Both the position numbers and the translations under genes were made by a program. From Elsinoe ampelina (taxonomy: Eukaryota): a stretch of DNA of 64,000 bases. Under the pieces are notes generated by a model. The model was not told the origin of the DNA and ran no database searches. It saw only the letters and a list, made by a program, of their open reading frames with translations. Each line of letters begins with the position of its first letter. Within the stretch, counting starts at the first letter, position 1. Shown here one piece after another: positions 22,908 to 36,967 of the stretch. The DNA lies in assembly GCA_010093995.1 (NCBI GenBank), contig ML992511.1, positions 295,917 to 359,916 on the forward strand, written 5' to 3'.

Positions 22908-25900
22908 ATGGACGAGAGAGGTGCACCTACGATATCGTCCAGAAAAAGGAAATTTCCGGACGCAGAACAGTACACCGTGGGTTGGATATGTGCTTTGGAC
23001 GTCGAATACTCAGCCGCCCGCCTGTTTCTCGAGACAGAGCATGAGCAACCAGACGCAAGGTCGCCGAACGACAACAACACGTATACGGTCGGGAGCATCG
23101 CAGGTCACAATGTTGTGATTGCTGTCTGTCCTGACGGCGAGTATGGTACCAATTCTGCCGCTACCGTGGCTAGGGACATGGTCCATTCGTTCCCAAATGT
23201 CCGGATTGGCCTGATGGTAGGCATTGGTGGTGGTGCTCCGACTTTAAGCAACGATATTCGTTTAGGTGATGTGGTAGTCAGTTCGGCGCGTGGTCAACAT
23301 GGCGGTGTGATCCAGTACGACATGGGCAAGCGGATTCAGGATCAAGATTTCCTCAACACCGGGACTTTGAACAGACCTCCTGTCTTTCTACGGACGGCCG
23401 TGAGTGATTTAGCGAGTCGCATCGATACTGATGGCCACAACATCGTTGGAGCCATCAACCGCACCCTGTCAGCTCGGCCAAGGAGGGTTCGAAATAAGTT
23501 TTCAAATCCTGGACCGGCATTAGATCGTCTGTATCGCTCACACGTGAAGAAGGGAGATCATTACGGTGCAGCAGACGACCGCTTGCTGGTTCAACGCTCT
23601 GCCCGGCTCCTGGAAAACGATGACCTCGACCCCGTCATCCATTACGGGTTGATAGCCTCGGCGAACCAACTCATGAAAGACGCCATACAGCGTGATGAGT
23701 TCGCAGAACAGCATGGCATCAAGTGCTTTGAGATGGAAGCTGCAGGCCTCATGAATCACTTCCCGTGTCTGGTAGTTCGGGGCATATGCGATTATTCCGA
23801 CACGCACAAGAATGATAACTGGCATGGTTACGCCGCCATGACCGCTGCTGCTTATACCTGTCTACTGCTCCGAAGGCTTACGCCATCACATGTCACAGCA
23901 CAAGACTCCATTAGACGTCAGATCGCGAGTGGTAAGGCGCTCTGCACTTGATCTTGCGCTATTTGGCTGACGATATAGTACAACACACCATAGCTGATAT
24001 CGGCAAGACGTCCACCAACATTGAACGAAAAGTCGATAGCATATCTCGAGTGGCTACGACGAACACGTTGCAAGCCTGGCTGTCTGCACCGGACTCCTCG
24101 AGCGACATTCATCGACTGTTGAACGAGAGATGCACTGGTACTTGCAGCTGGATCTTTGAACAGCATCTGTACAAAAAATGGCTACAGGATTCAGATTCGT
24201 TTCTTTGGGTACATGGTTTGCCTGGTTCGGGCAAGTCCGTGCTAATGTCGAGTATCATAACAGAAATCCAACGCCAATTGTCGTCCCGCCCACGAATATT
24301 GTTGCGCTTCTTCTTCACATTCTCTGATGAGTCAAAGCAGCCTGCGTTGGCAATGCTTTCTGCGCTCGCTGTACAGCTTTGTGCCCAAGACGAAGAAGCG
24401 ACGCAGCAACTCTACCAACTCTACAAAACCTGCAGTGACGGAAATCGTCAGCCAGATCAAAGTGAGTTACTCACGACATTCCTGGCCGCCATACCAGCCC
24501 ATACCGACACATTCATCGTGTTGGACGCACTCGATGAATGTAGCGACCAGCACGAGTGTCTCGCAATTCTCGATGCCATCAGATCTGCACACGAACCTTC
24601 CGTGAGAATGATTGTCTCATCAAGATACCAGACGGAGATACTCAAGGCGTATGGAAATCTAGACAACATTGATCTGGACCAAAGCCATGTCAACTCAGAC
24701 ATCAAATTGCATATTCTTGCGCAGCTGGAGCCACATCTACGACTCGGTCGACGTTGGGGTGAGCACGAGGAGGCTAAGCAGCTGCTCCTAGAGGAACTCG
24801 CAAGAAAGGCGCAAGGAATGTAAGTACTGATTGATCCTACCACATCAGACCGCTGACGAGATAGCTTCCGATGGGTGACATGTCAAATACTGAGGCTTCA
24901 GCACTGCCTCACCTTGTCTCGTTTGAGATCCGCTTTGGATGAACTGCCGTTGTCGCTTGATGAAACCTACGCCAAAGTACTCACAGAAGCACCAGAAGAG
25001 TACAAATCGAAACTGTCAACGCTCATATATTTAGTTCTGGACTCACCACGTCAGCTCGAAGTTGAAGAAGTCTTGAGTGCTCTCGCAATTGAGGATCGAA
25101 CAAGTCCCGAGGACAACAACCTGGTCCTGCTTGAGGACTTGCTCGATATGTGTCCCGGTCTCTTTGTGGTATCCGAGGACCCATTCGTAAAGTCATTATA
25201 CACGTACGTCCACTTCGCTCATTCGTCCGTGGATGAATACTTGCGTGGCACTTGTCGGACACAGCAAGTGCCGGATGGATTACACTACCACGACTCGAGA
25301 AGACGCTTGGCCAGGATATGTGGCAATTATCTACTACCAAGCATTCGTCCGAGTGAGGCCCTGGTAGGATCGTGGACCTTTCCCTGGACATTCGACGAGG
25401 CCGCGGCAACCTATACCACGAGGAAGTGGGCAGAGTTCGAAGACCATAACACCATCCCGCTTAGTTCCGTGGTTCGTCTACTTCTGCGACGCATTTTCGA
25501 GCCTTATGCCGCCGATCTTCTAAACAACGTTACAGGAACGGACATCAAGCCCCGGGAAGCCAACGACGAATCTTCCTGGCCGTTCCCGCTGGATTGCATA
25601 GACGCCACCGCATATATCCTGTGTTGTGCTCAGAGATGGGAACTCGTTACCTGGATCGTGACGTGCCCATTGGACTCGCCTCAGCGTGGTGCGATAGAAA
25701 TCAACAAGCACAGCACGTGGACGCATTATTGTTTTAGGAAACGATTCGACATCGATGCAGTAATATGGAATCGCGCAGCGAGATTACTAGCTGTGGCAAC
25801 ATACATGAAGGATGCCTCAGCAGTTGAGCGACTGCTGGGGCCATTTCAGCATGTCGCGGGAAGTGTTCTTGATTTCTGCTTCTCTCACGCCAACTCGACG

Positions 25901-26101
25901 GGTGCACATGATATAGCAGACCTACTCCGTTCGAAAGGCGCGACGGAATTCTCTGGGAGACGCAAGCTCGGCGTCTTTGCCGACATCACTCCAACTGATC
26001 AAGCGACTAGGGAACTCTTCCAAAAGGTGCTTGCTTCTCGGACTACCTGGCGCAGGGACACAAAGAGTAATCAGCCTTCCCATAGTGAAGGTACGGAGTG
26101 A
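22908..26101 (+). CDS. Fungal NLR-like protein: PNP_UDP_1 nucleoside phosphorylase + NACHT + winged helix + divergent C-terminus
   Basis: Exons 22908-23931, 23979-24819, 24865-26101. PNP motifs: 'YTVGWICAL', 'IGLMVGIGGG', 'DIRLGDVVVS', 'CFEMEAAGLM..PCLVVRGICDYSDTHKN'. Walker A GLPGSGKS, Walker B FIVLDALDEC, then 'GIFRWV' and 'LPLSLDETY'. Confidence 0.9.
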
Positions 26102-26156
26102 GGAGGCGTTCCTTATAGGCCAAAATCCTTGTCAATTGATAGAAGAGGCTTGTGAT

Positions 26157-27246
26157 CTAGAGCTTGGGAATAAACATGGGCGTGTTCTCCTTCCACTCTT
26201 TGTAGTCCTTCCTGTCACCGTAGCGCTTGTCGTACTTCTTCTCGCTCATGGGAACACCAGAGACCTGTGTCGTGTCAGCGTCTACTCCGCACAGCCAGGA
26301 TATGCAAATACTCACAAACAACAACAAGAAAGTCACAAATGCCGGCGACACAGCCGCCATACCGGCCGCGAGACCCAACCCTCCCAACCCACCAGCCAGA
26401 CCCATCCCCGCCTGTCCCGTACTCGAAAGCATCACCCCAGCCGCAGTGGTAGCAATTCCCGTCCACAAGGTACTCTCCCCAAAATAATTCGGGTGTCTAC
26501 TCTTACTCCACAGACCCCTTGTCAGAAACTCCTCAGAGTGCTTCTTCTCCTTCTTCTCCGCGATCCACTTGTTCTTCTGCCTATCCGCCGTCGCCTCGAA
26601 AGTGATACCCCCCACGTAGAGCAAGATACCCAGAATATCCGTCAGGGTCACGAACGGGAGGGCCGAGAGGGTGGTGGCAGGGATCGAGTTGATGCAGAGC
26701 ACCGGCATGAGGCAGAGGGACACCCAGGTTGCTTGGGCGAAGAAGGCGACGCCGAATTTGGCCGGGTTGCCGCGGATGTCGTCGAAGCGGGAGTCTTTGC
26801 CGTTGTCGGCGGTGATGCGTTGGAAGAGGAAGGAGCCGACTGGGAAGGGGTTAGTAGGAGGTGAGGATATGGAGAAGGGGGCGGGATGTACGTCTAGCTG
26901 CCCAGATGGTGACGAAGGTGCTGAGGACCACTTGTCGCCAGTTCCAGGCGTTGATGCCCCCTTTGGAGGTCAGGCTTTGGAGGAGGCTGGGCCATGCTGG
27001 GATGGCGCCGCCGGCGGCGCTGGCTGCGAGGCGGGCGCGGAGGGTGGGGAGGTAGAGGGAGAGAGCTGTGCAGGAGATGTAGGTGAGGGAGCCGCTGAGG
27101 TCGTAGAAGCGTTCTGTCTTGAGGGCGATGCTGGGGATGGCAGCGGCTGCTTGGATTCCGAATGCGAGGCCAATGCTGGGAACGAGTGTTCGGAGGAAGG
27201 GGGTTTTGAAGTTGGTGAGATGGAGGAGTGAGGTCAGGAGTGGCAT
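26157..27246 (-). CDS. DUF1295 steroid 5-alpha-reductase-like membrane protein
   Basis: Exons 27246-26892, 26839-26316, 26264-26157. Motifs: 'TERFYDLSGSLTY', 'GKDSRFD', 'GLWSKSRHPNYFGE', 'SGVPMSEKK..YKEWKENTPMFIP'. Confidence 0.9.
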
Positions 27247-30200
27247 CGTGGTGTCTCGTGAGCTACCAGTGAGCTCGGGAATGGTAGAAGGTGAGGTAGA
27301 AGGTGAATGAATTGGAGCTGCAAGCACTGGAGAGCGCGACAAGTTATCTGAGCTGGGTCTGACACTCGGTCGTCAGCAATTGAGTTCCACTCGCATCATA
27401 GACTGGACTGATTGAGGTTGAGGATTGGTGAGGCACATGTCAAGCGGCGCTGGATTGTTTGGGATCGAGCTCACAGTGACGACACGACTCGGAGACCGGG
27501 CCTTGAAGTTGCCGGCCCCGCGGTGAGCGGAGCTTCAGGGCGGAGATGAAAGTGGCAGCGGAGGGTTGGAAAGGCCCGAGCATGTCTCATTTTCAAGCTA
27601 TCTTCGGCAATGTCTTTCAACATCGATTCACGAGCATTTCCCTCATCATTCACGCCATGACTGTATCGCCGGCAGCATGTACCGCTTCAAGAAGGCGCTG
27701 GCCAACCTATCTACTCTCTGTTGTGACACCGCCGCCGTAGATTTCACGCAACGCCTTCGAGTCTCCTTCAATGTCGTCGGTCCGCCGCCTAACAAATTTG
27801 TCACATATATGAGAACCATCTGAGAACGTGCAGGCTAAGTCCAGAGGTATCTCTCCATTTCTTCGTCAAGTACATAGCACGCTTCAAAGCTCTGGTGAAT
27901 AACCTCAAGACGCGTGGTATTTAGCGAGCTATGCGTCAGGTAAGATACAGTCCAGTGTCAAGTACGAGCTCGTCCCCGTCGTCTCATTGATGTTCGCGCT
28001 TGGTCTTGCGGGTATGACATTACCCGGAATACGGAAACCTTACACGGTTGCATCGGTGGAGCTCAGATCACTGACGCCCAAAACCCTGTAGCGATGTTGA
28101 CACCAATAATCTGATTCAGATCCCTATCATGAGAACTCGTCTCGATAGGTGGCTCAGGTACCTCGGCATAGCATGCTACTTGCTCATAACGGGTAGTGTC
28201 GCCACCCTGTGGAGCTCGAGACCCGACGGCGAACAGGGGTTCAGCTCCGTGAAGCGGAGCCGGATGCCCTGACCGAAGCATCGAGGTTTGCAGAGGTATT
28301 TCCAAACTCCGGACCACAGATCCAATCGGGAGCACACGGCGGGACGCTGGTTGTCGGTTGTGAGATTGAGATGGACAGGGGCCTGCGGCACGTCACGCAG
28401 GTGTCGCGCTGAACAGAGGGTCTCGTCCGCGGTGATTCACTGGCCTATCAGGGTCCGCGAGGCATTTTCGCATGGCGGAAGTGTAGTCCGCGGGCACGTC
28501 TGGGCCATGCGGGTGTCGGGTACAGGAAGAACGAGCTTCTCCCGCGTTATGCTTTGCAACGACGACCGTGGTGTCACGGAAGTGTTTGCAGTCTGCACAG
28601 CGTACCTGACCATGAGGTCGCAGGATCTGTCGTTCGAGCATCCGCGAGAGCAGTGCACGAGGTATGAGAAGCACAGGTGCGAGGGCGGTGCTTGGGAAGC
28701 TCTTTCTTGGGACAGTGCTCATGTCTGTCAGGGGCGAAAGCGTGGCAAGGAAAAAGAACAATACCGTCAATGCTGGGCATGCTTCACGGATGCCGTCAGT
28801 GCCGTCATGGAAAGCTGGACCAGGTTCCACATGAATACTGCGCTCTTGGAGTCTATGCAACATCGACTTCGGTTCCCAGAGGGCGTTGAGCCAGGATCAG
28901 ACGGGTGTTAGGGCTATGGATGTCATCGGACTGACCCCTCATTCCCATTTTCCACGATGGTGATCAGAGGCGAGTGGTATCGAGAAACTTGCATGCGGAT
29001 CTGTTCGCTGCCCTTGTTGGGAAATAATATGGCCGGAAATGACCACAAACAGGACAGCAACCCGCACAATCGGGCCTGCTCCTGCGTCAGATCGACCTCG
29101 TGTGGCAGGATGGTAGGATCAAGCGAGGCGAGACTCCAGGAGATGGGTAGAGATTGAGTTTTTGCTGCATGCGGGAGAAGCATTGCACCCACATCCTGTG
29201 CTTGCCGTATAGGGCGAGAAGTAAGAATAGCTGTTAGTGCCACTACCTTAACGACTCAATCCATCGCACCGAGGGTTCAGCGTAGCCGACGAGCATTGAT
29301 ATATTCTCTTGTCATGAACTTGAGAGGGCAGTGCGAACCAAAGCAATCGATACAAGACCATGTTCAGGGGGTTTCATTATTAGCAAGAAGGCGCAAGCCG
29401 CCACGAAAAGTCGAAGATCAGCTTGGGTCCGTCATTGACCGGACTCGACAAGAGCCAATCGCAGCCAACCGTGCGCGACACTCCATGCAGACGGATGCAT
29501 GTTCCGATGATCCACGTCCTGCTAGGCTTGTGCTGTCCGTGCAAGACTCCGCATCTCCGTGCTTGCCACTTGTGCATGACCGTTTGTGAGAATTCACGAG
29601 GCGCGTTTCAATCGCTGATGGTGAGGAATGGCTTGCTAGCCTGTACAGGTGTCGCGGTTGGAGATACCATACATCGCAGCCAATGCTGTCTCGTAGCAGA
29701 AGCAAATGCGGGGGAGGCTCCGATGACTGATGGTACGTCTCTGCTCCGAGCCGTCTGAGCGTGATGTGGTGAGGTCGGGTCATGTCACACAACAGTGATA
29801 GTGCGATGCTGCACGTGGAAAATATCGGAGTTCCGGATGATTGGTATTGTGGCCTCGGCTTTCAACGTGGCTGTTGAGCCAACATGAGACTGCTCATGTC
29901 ACATTTCCATGTCTGAGGCATCCCTGCTGGTAGTGAAATTCGTTGGGAGGGCTGTAGACAAGCGTGACCATACTTGTTGCGACCATCTCAGCTGCAGGAG
30001 ATCTGAGTGCAATGAGGTTAAGGTTATCGGACAGTGCGTCCCGAAAGTCCGCCGTGAGTCCGCGTCAAGTGATTGGCGCTCGGTGAACGTAGCCGACGGT
30101 GTCTTTCTGCCCTTCTGGCTTCTGCGAAATGTACTCTCTGAGATCGTGGGATTCGAGAATCCCATTCACGCCACCTGATCCCGAATGATCGGAATACTGA

Positions 30201-32986
30201 GTCGTGTCCAGTCGTCTGCTTCACTTCGGTGCCGGAGGTATTATGCCCGAAGGACAATGCAAGTCGACCTTCAGCTTACGAAGTTCGCGGAATGAATGTA
30301 TCTTCAGACATTGATATTGATGCAAGCCACCATCGTCACAGGTGTACTTCACTGACACTGTGTCCAAACATCGCGTGGAGATGATTGGAGCGATGGCAGG
30401 TATGTTGTGAGTGTCCAAATGCTCTCATTACCACAACAGACCGCTCAGCTAGTAATAAGCCTAGGTAGTGGTGAGGGGTCCACGGTCGTGATTGGCGGGA
30501 ACATCACCGAGCCGTCCCGGCCATCCCATTCGGTCGGGTCAGCCTCCACCGCGGGCTGGACCATGGGTAGAAAGTGACAGATGACAGACCGCCAGTGCTG
30601 GACGCGAGGTCTTCACCGCTTTTCCATGATGATATTCGGTAGGTGCAATGCAAATCTATAGTTGCGGGAGATCACTGAATAATGGACTATACCAAATGCT
30701 CAACTCCTTGATCTCGTCGTGCGGGCGACACTCGAGTGGTAGTTTTTCTTGTTTTTTTTAGAGGATTGTTTTGTCTGAAATCCTTACGTACCGAATGAAG
30801 CTTGAGAGCCGAATTGACGGGACCGTTGTGCTTGGACTGTGCTTTTGGAGGAAGAGGTCTGTGTCTTTGTCGGTGCAGACAGGATCCACTCATCAAAATC
30901 TTCGGTCAAAGATCGACCTGTCCGCTTCGCCTACTTTGACGCATTTTCAACTCGCATTTGCAATTTGTCATTCGCCTGCAGAAGACATTACAGCAATTTT
31001 GACACGCTATGTCACTTGTCACTTCGCAAAAATTAGTCTCATGACGAGTCGTTCCACATGGGACAGGGATTTCTGTTATCCTACCACTGTCACCACCCTT
31101 CCTGGCCCGTTGCATCCCCAGCATGTGTCATGTCACGCCCATGGTCGCACAAACGCGAACGTGCTGAGCCGTTGTACCGCAGACTGCCCGTGGCCGCTCG
31201 ATGCGTCATGGAATCACAGCGCTCTGCGTTAAGCCAGGTACCAGACTTGCTGGGACGTGTCGAACAAGGATGAACCAGTTCTATCGAGGGATCAGCTCGG
31301 ATCACAAGCTAGTCTCTCATAGTCTGAGCGCCCTTTGCGCAATGGGGCCTTGGGCCACCGGGGGAGAGCCGGGACGTCCCAGCTGCATGGTCTGTCATGG
31401 CTCTAGTCAAGCCACCCGAATCGTCCCCCGAACTCTGACACCTTGCCTGCACCATGGAGTCGGTCACAACAGGGGATATCTCGCTCTGGCGAATCATGAT
31501 CTGAAATCGATCAGATCCCTGTTTGGTAGGAGATACACACTTTCAATCTGGCGAGGCCACCCACTTACGAGATCATCAGCAAATTCACACGGGACGTGTC
31601 ACTACAAGGATTGTGACAGACAGGTCGCCCCATGTTTGCTGTGCCGCTTGTCGAACGACAATGTGGTTGTTTCTCTGCAGCCACATTCAGCATCTATGGT
31701 CCGCTTCCCGTGTGGTAGTCATATTGTCAGTTTTTGAGCCGTGGTATCGGGTCTTCCTCGTACAATGTCAATTGCAGAAGCAAGGACGACCGAAGTAGTC
31801 CGTAGAACCCCTAAAGAGGTCGCTGACTTTATCCACAGGGCGAGTCAGCCGGGGGCGAAATACCCGTGCTTCGCCCGTGCTCTGTCATGCATGATGCTCC
31901 ACAGGTCCCAGGAAGATCTTTTGGACTGGCCATGCCGATTGTGAAAACGCCCTGCTTGACGAGGCGTGGGCGTCTTCGACAGGGATTGGCGTGCAGCATA
32001 GTTCCAAGCTTCCATCGTGACAAGACGACAAGCGCCGTGCATCAAGTCACTACGGTATCAGCTGTCAGTGCATCGGCCGCCACAATCATGCACGGCATGC
32101 CTCGTCGTCTTCGTAATTGATAGATACCCAACCCCTCGGAGCAAATGCGAGTAGTGCGCCTTGCACTATGTTGCACCAAACCATGCTGATCGTCACGCCC
32201 CAGCAATTAGGATTGATCTTCCAGCGTACCGCGCCATGGCCCGCAGTGGGGTGATACTTTCAACTCGGCCTTGTCGTTCTCCATCCATCGCCTACCATTT
32301 TCGCAAGGTCTCGGCCTTGGAGAGGGGCATGGTGTCAGATCGTGTTGCGCTATTGATCCCCAAAGTACTTTCTCATCCATGTGGACCGAATCGCTGGTGT
32401 ACGATCCCTTGTACGTGCACATCGGGCCGCATCCCTGAGCTTCGTCTTGACGCTCAGATGCGATCGATATCCGCCCGAAAGGGGAACCAGGGTCGTGGAC
32501 CTCGTGGGATGCCTGGCATTAGGCTTTGTGCTTTTTCGTTTATGCTCGATTGCTTTCACTCGTGGGACGTCTTGGATATTAAAAGGACGGCATCCTGGTA
32601 GTCCATCGAGGTGCATTTGTAACCGCCCTGCACTAGCCCGACAGCTTATGCACATACCAATTGCACAGGCTCCCTTGCTCCTGTTGTGTCGTGCATCATC
32701 CATTATCTGACCGATCAGCATAAAGACCGGACCATCGTCACACATCAACGTGCGTCCGCATCCGACGTTGCTCGAACGTTGGTTGACACAAGCATCAAAC
32801 TATATCATTGTCAGATATCTGGCTCGGACTTCATCTGTCTTTTAAGCGAATATCAATCAACTCTTGCCGTAGTGCATCAACGACTTGACATTTGTGAAGT
32901 GGACTTTACCATCGACTGATACGAAAGTGACGACCATTGTACGACGTGAAGGACTCTTATACCCCACCGGCATAGCTCAACGATTC

Positions 32987-33007
32987 GACGACGACGACGA
33001 CGACGAC
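32987..33007 (+). repeat. (GAC)7 microsatellite
   Basis: Seven perfect GAC units in the intergenic region upstream of the C2H2 gene. Confidence 0.9.
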
Positions 33008-34367
33008 CCAGAACATCGGTCAAAGATCACTTCGAACATCATCTCGACCAAGCTTGTCAGACGATTCTGGTACTCAGGACGCATCTCATCACAATACGCG
33101 GCAACGATTGAAGGAAACGACAACCTCTTGAGAACGAACTTTTACCTGGAAACGCAACAAGGACGACCAAAGGACTTTTGTGATTAACGAACAATTCTGC
33201 AAATCTCACCTTACCAGATCTTGGCTCAGCAATCAAACCAGAGCCAGCTATTCACCATTCAGAAACGCGAGACTGCTGGAGAAACGCGACTTGAGAAAAG
33301 CCACGTGAAGTCACTGGAGAACCAACGGCTAGATCCGAGGAAAAACGACCGCAGCAGCCTCAATCCCAACCTCAATCTCACGCAAGCCTTCGAGACACGT
33401 GAGATTTGAGGCCTGGAAACGAGAAAAGACGACAGCTGGAGTGTCAGCAGAGTCTGATACAACAACAAGGAATTGCTTGTTCCGGGCGCAGGTGAGCCCT
33501 GAAATTTGCTGGGAAAAGGAAGGACACTCCGGACAGGAACGAGGACACGACAGGAGGACGCGCTCCCCGAACACTGGTGTCATTTTTAGACGCCCGTTGT
33601 TTTAGCGTAGCCGATCGGGCCTAGCGCGAAGATCGCACTCTCCTTTTCTCAAAAAGTCGACTGCGAGGCCAAAACCACAAAACCTCGCCCGCTCGCACGG
33701 TCCTTCGCTCTCCTCCAGAACTGTCCTGACGCGACACACCCACTCTCGAACGGTGTGACCGGTGACGAAGATATACCACCTCAGTATTCACGTCCCTTCA
33801 CATCTCGGCCTCGTCCTGTCATTCCTCCCTTCGCTTTTCTTCTTTGTTGTATCGGGTTCCTGGCGTTGGACCACATTAACATCACCGGACTCTTCCTAAA
33901 AGGTACGTCGCCGCAAAATTCTTTTTTCCCCCTGTTTTCAGGCCAACGCGCGTGTCCTCGTTGGCTGCATACCACGCGCAGGGGGCATCTGTTCGTCAAG
34001 GCCGTCATCTTTTGACACTGCTTCCTTCCAACAACATTCAGCCTGCAAACATCTTGTGAATCTTTCAACTGACAGACGTCGTCCAGTCCTCCGCTTTGAC
34101 CCTCCCCACCGTCCCATCCAAGCTCCACGAACGGACCACCTCTTCCATCATATCGCTCACGATAATCATCGTCGCCGGCTTCGACGAGAGAAACAAAACT
34201 CGACTCTCTTAATACACGTCGGCTGTTGGACAAACGTCGTCATCGAGAGGTGCACGACCGTCACGAGCAAGGAAGGTCATACTTGAGCCAGGACATCCAG
34301 TCAGTAACATCAATCGCCGGGTGTATAACCCCCCACAAACGCACCACCACAAATACAACCTCGCCGG

Positions 34368-35973
<1,606 letters not shown>

Positions 35974-36967
35974 ACTTACAGTTGTCTCCGACACTGTCAT
36001 CGCTCGGCATCGCAACTTTTTTTTTCGCATCATTGTCAACGGCGGGAATATGGGGATCAATATACTTCAGGACGGAACAGGGTTCGGCACGGTGGTCATC
36101 GTCTATTTTAATGCGACGGCATAGGGTGGGAACAATGACACCGGCTACCTGCAAAAGAAATGGCTTTGGCGCAGAGGTAAAAAAAAAAGCAGGCATCGCT
36201 CGCCCACGTGCAGCATAGCCCTAATATGACAGAAGAAGTACCATGGGAAGTGGAAAGAGGTATTGATTGGGGGGCACAAGAGCTCGCTCCGGTCGTCTAT
36301 TACGGCTGTGACCATTAGTTTCTCGGTCAAGAGGCAGAAAAAGCTCATATTAATGAAGTGTAACGATTCACAGAAATGTAGAACTAGTTTCCTTGCCTAA
36401 TACATTGTCAAGATGTAACTTTTTCAACGGCCTTTGATGAAGAATGTTGATGCCTCGTGTGGCCAAAAGGCGCAGTCGACTCGCCAAGCGGGATGACGAA
36501 GTGTCCAAGTGGAACAATTTTGTCTCTGTTGCCGGTCATTCTCTCGAACATTTGCCAAACTCCGCTGACAGATGCGACAAGAGAGCTCCGTGTCACCTTC
36601 AAATCAGATCTCAAGTCAAAGTCAGCATCAAAGCGGTTCGGAAGCGCGGCCTCCTTTGATTACAGTGCTGGAGTGGACGTCACCCAAGCGAAGCTTCAAT
36701 CTACCTGTCGTCACAAGCCACCAACTTTAGACCACGACCGGTTCACACTTCCGTTTTGACCGTTAACTTCAACCTCACACCTTTGACACTCACTTTGCGA
36801 CTTGCGAAAGAAGTGCGCGTCACCATCTAGACCGATTACGACTTCTCAATTGCCTCTGGTCGACCTGACACGACTGCCTGGAGCAGTGAGCGGAAGGGAC
36901 AGACAACGACGAGCCGAGGACATCCCTTGATCAGACAGGCGCATCTTGCGCACCACCAGCCACCGTC

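Noticed and set aside
25977..27231. 295-aa and 186-aa plus-strand ORFs
   Set aside because: Antisense to the well-supported DUF1295 gene; no motifs.
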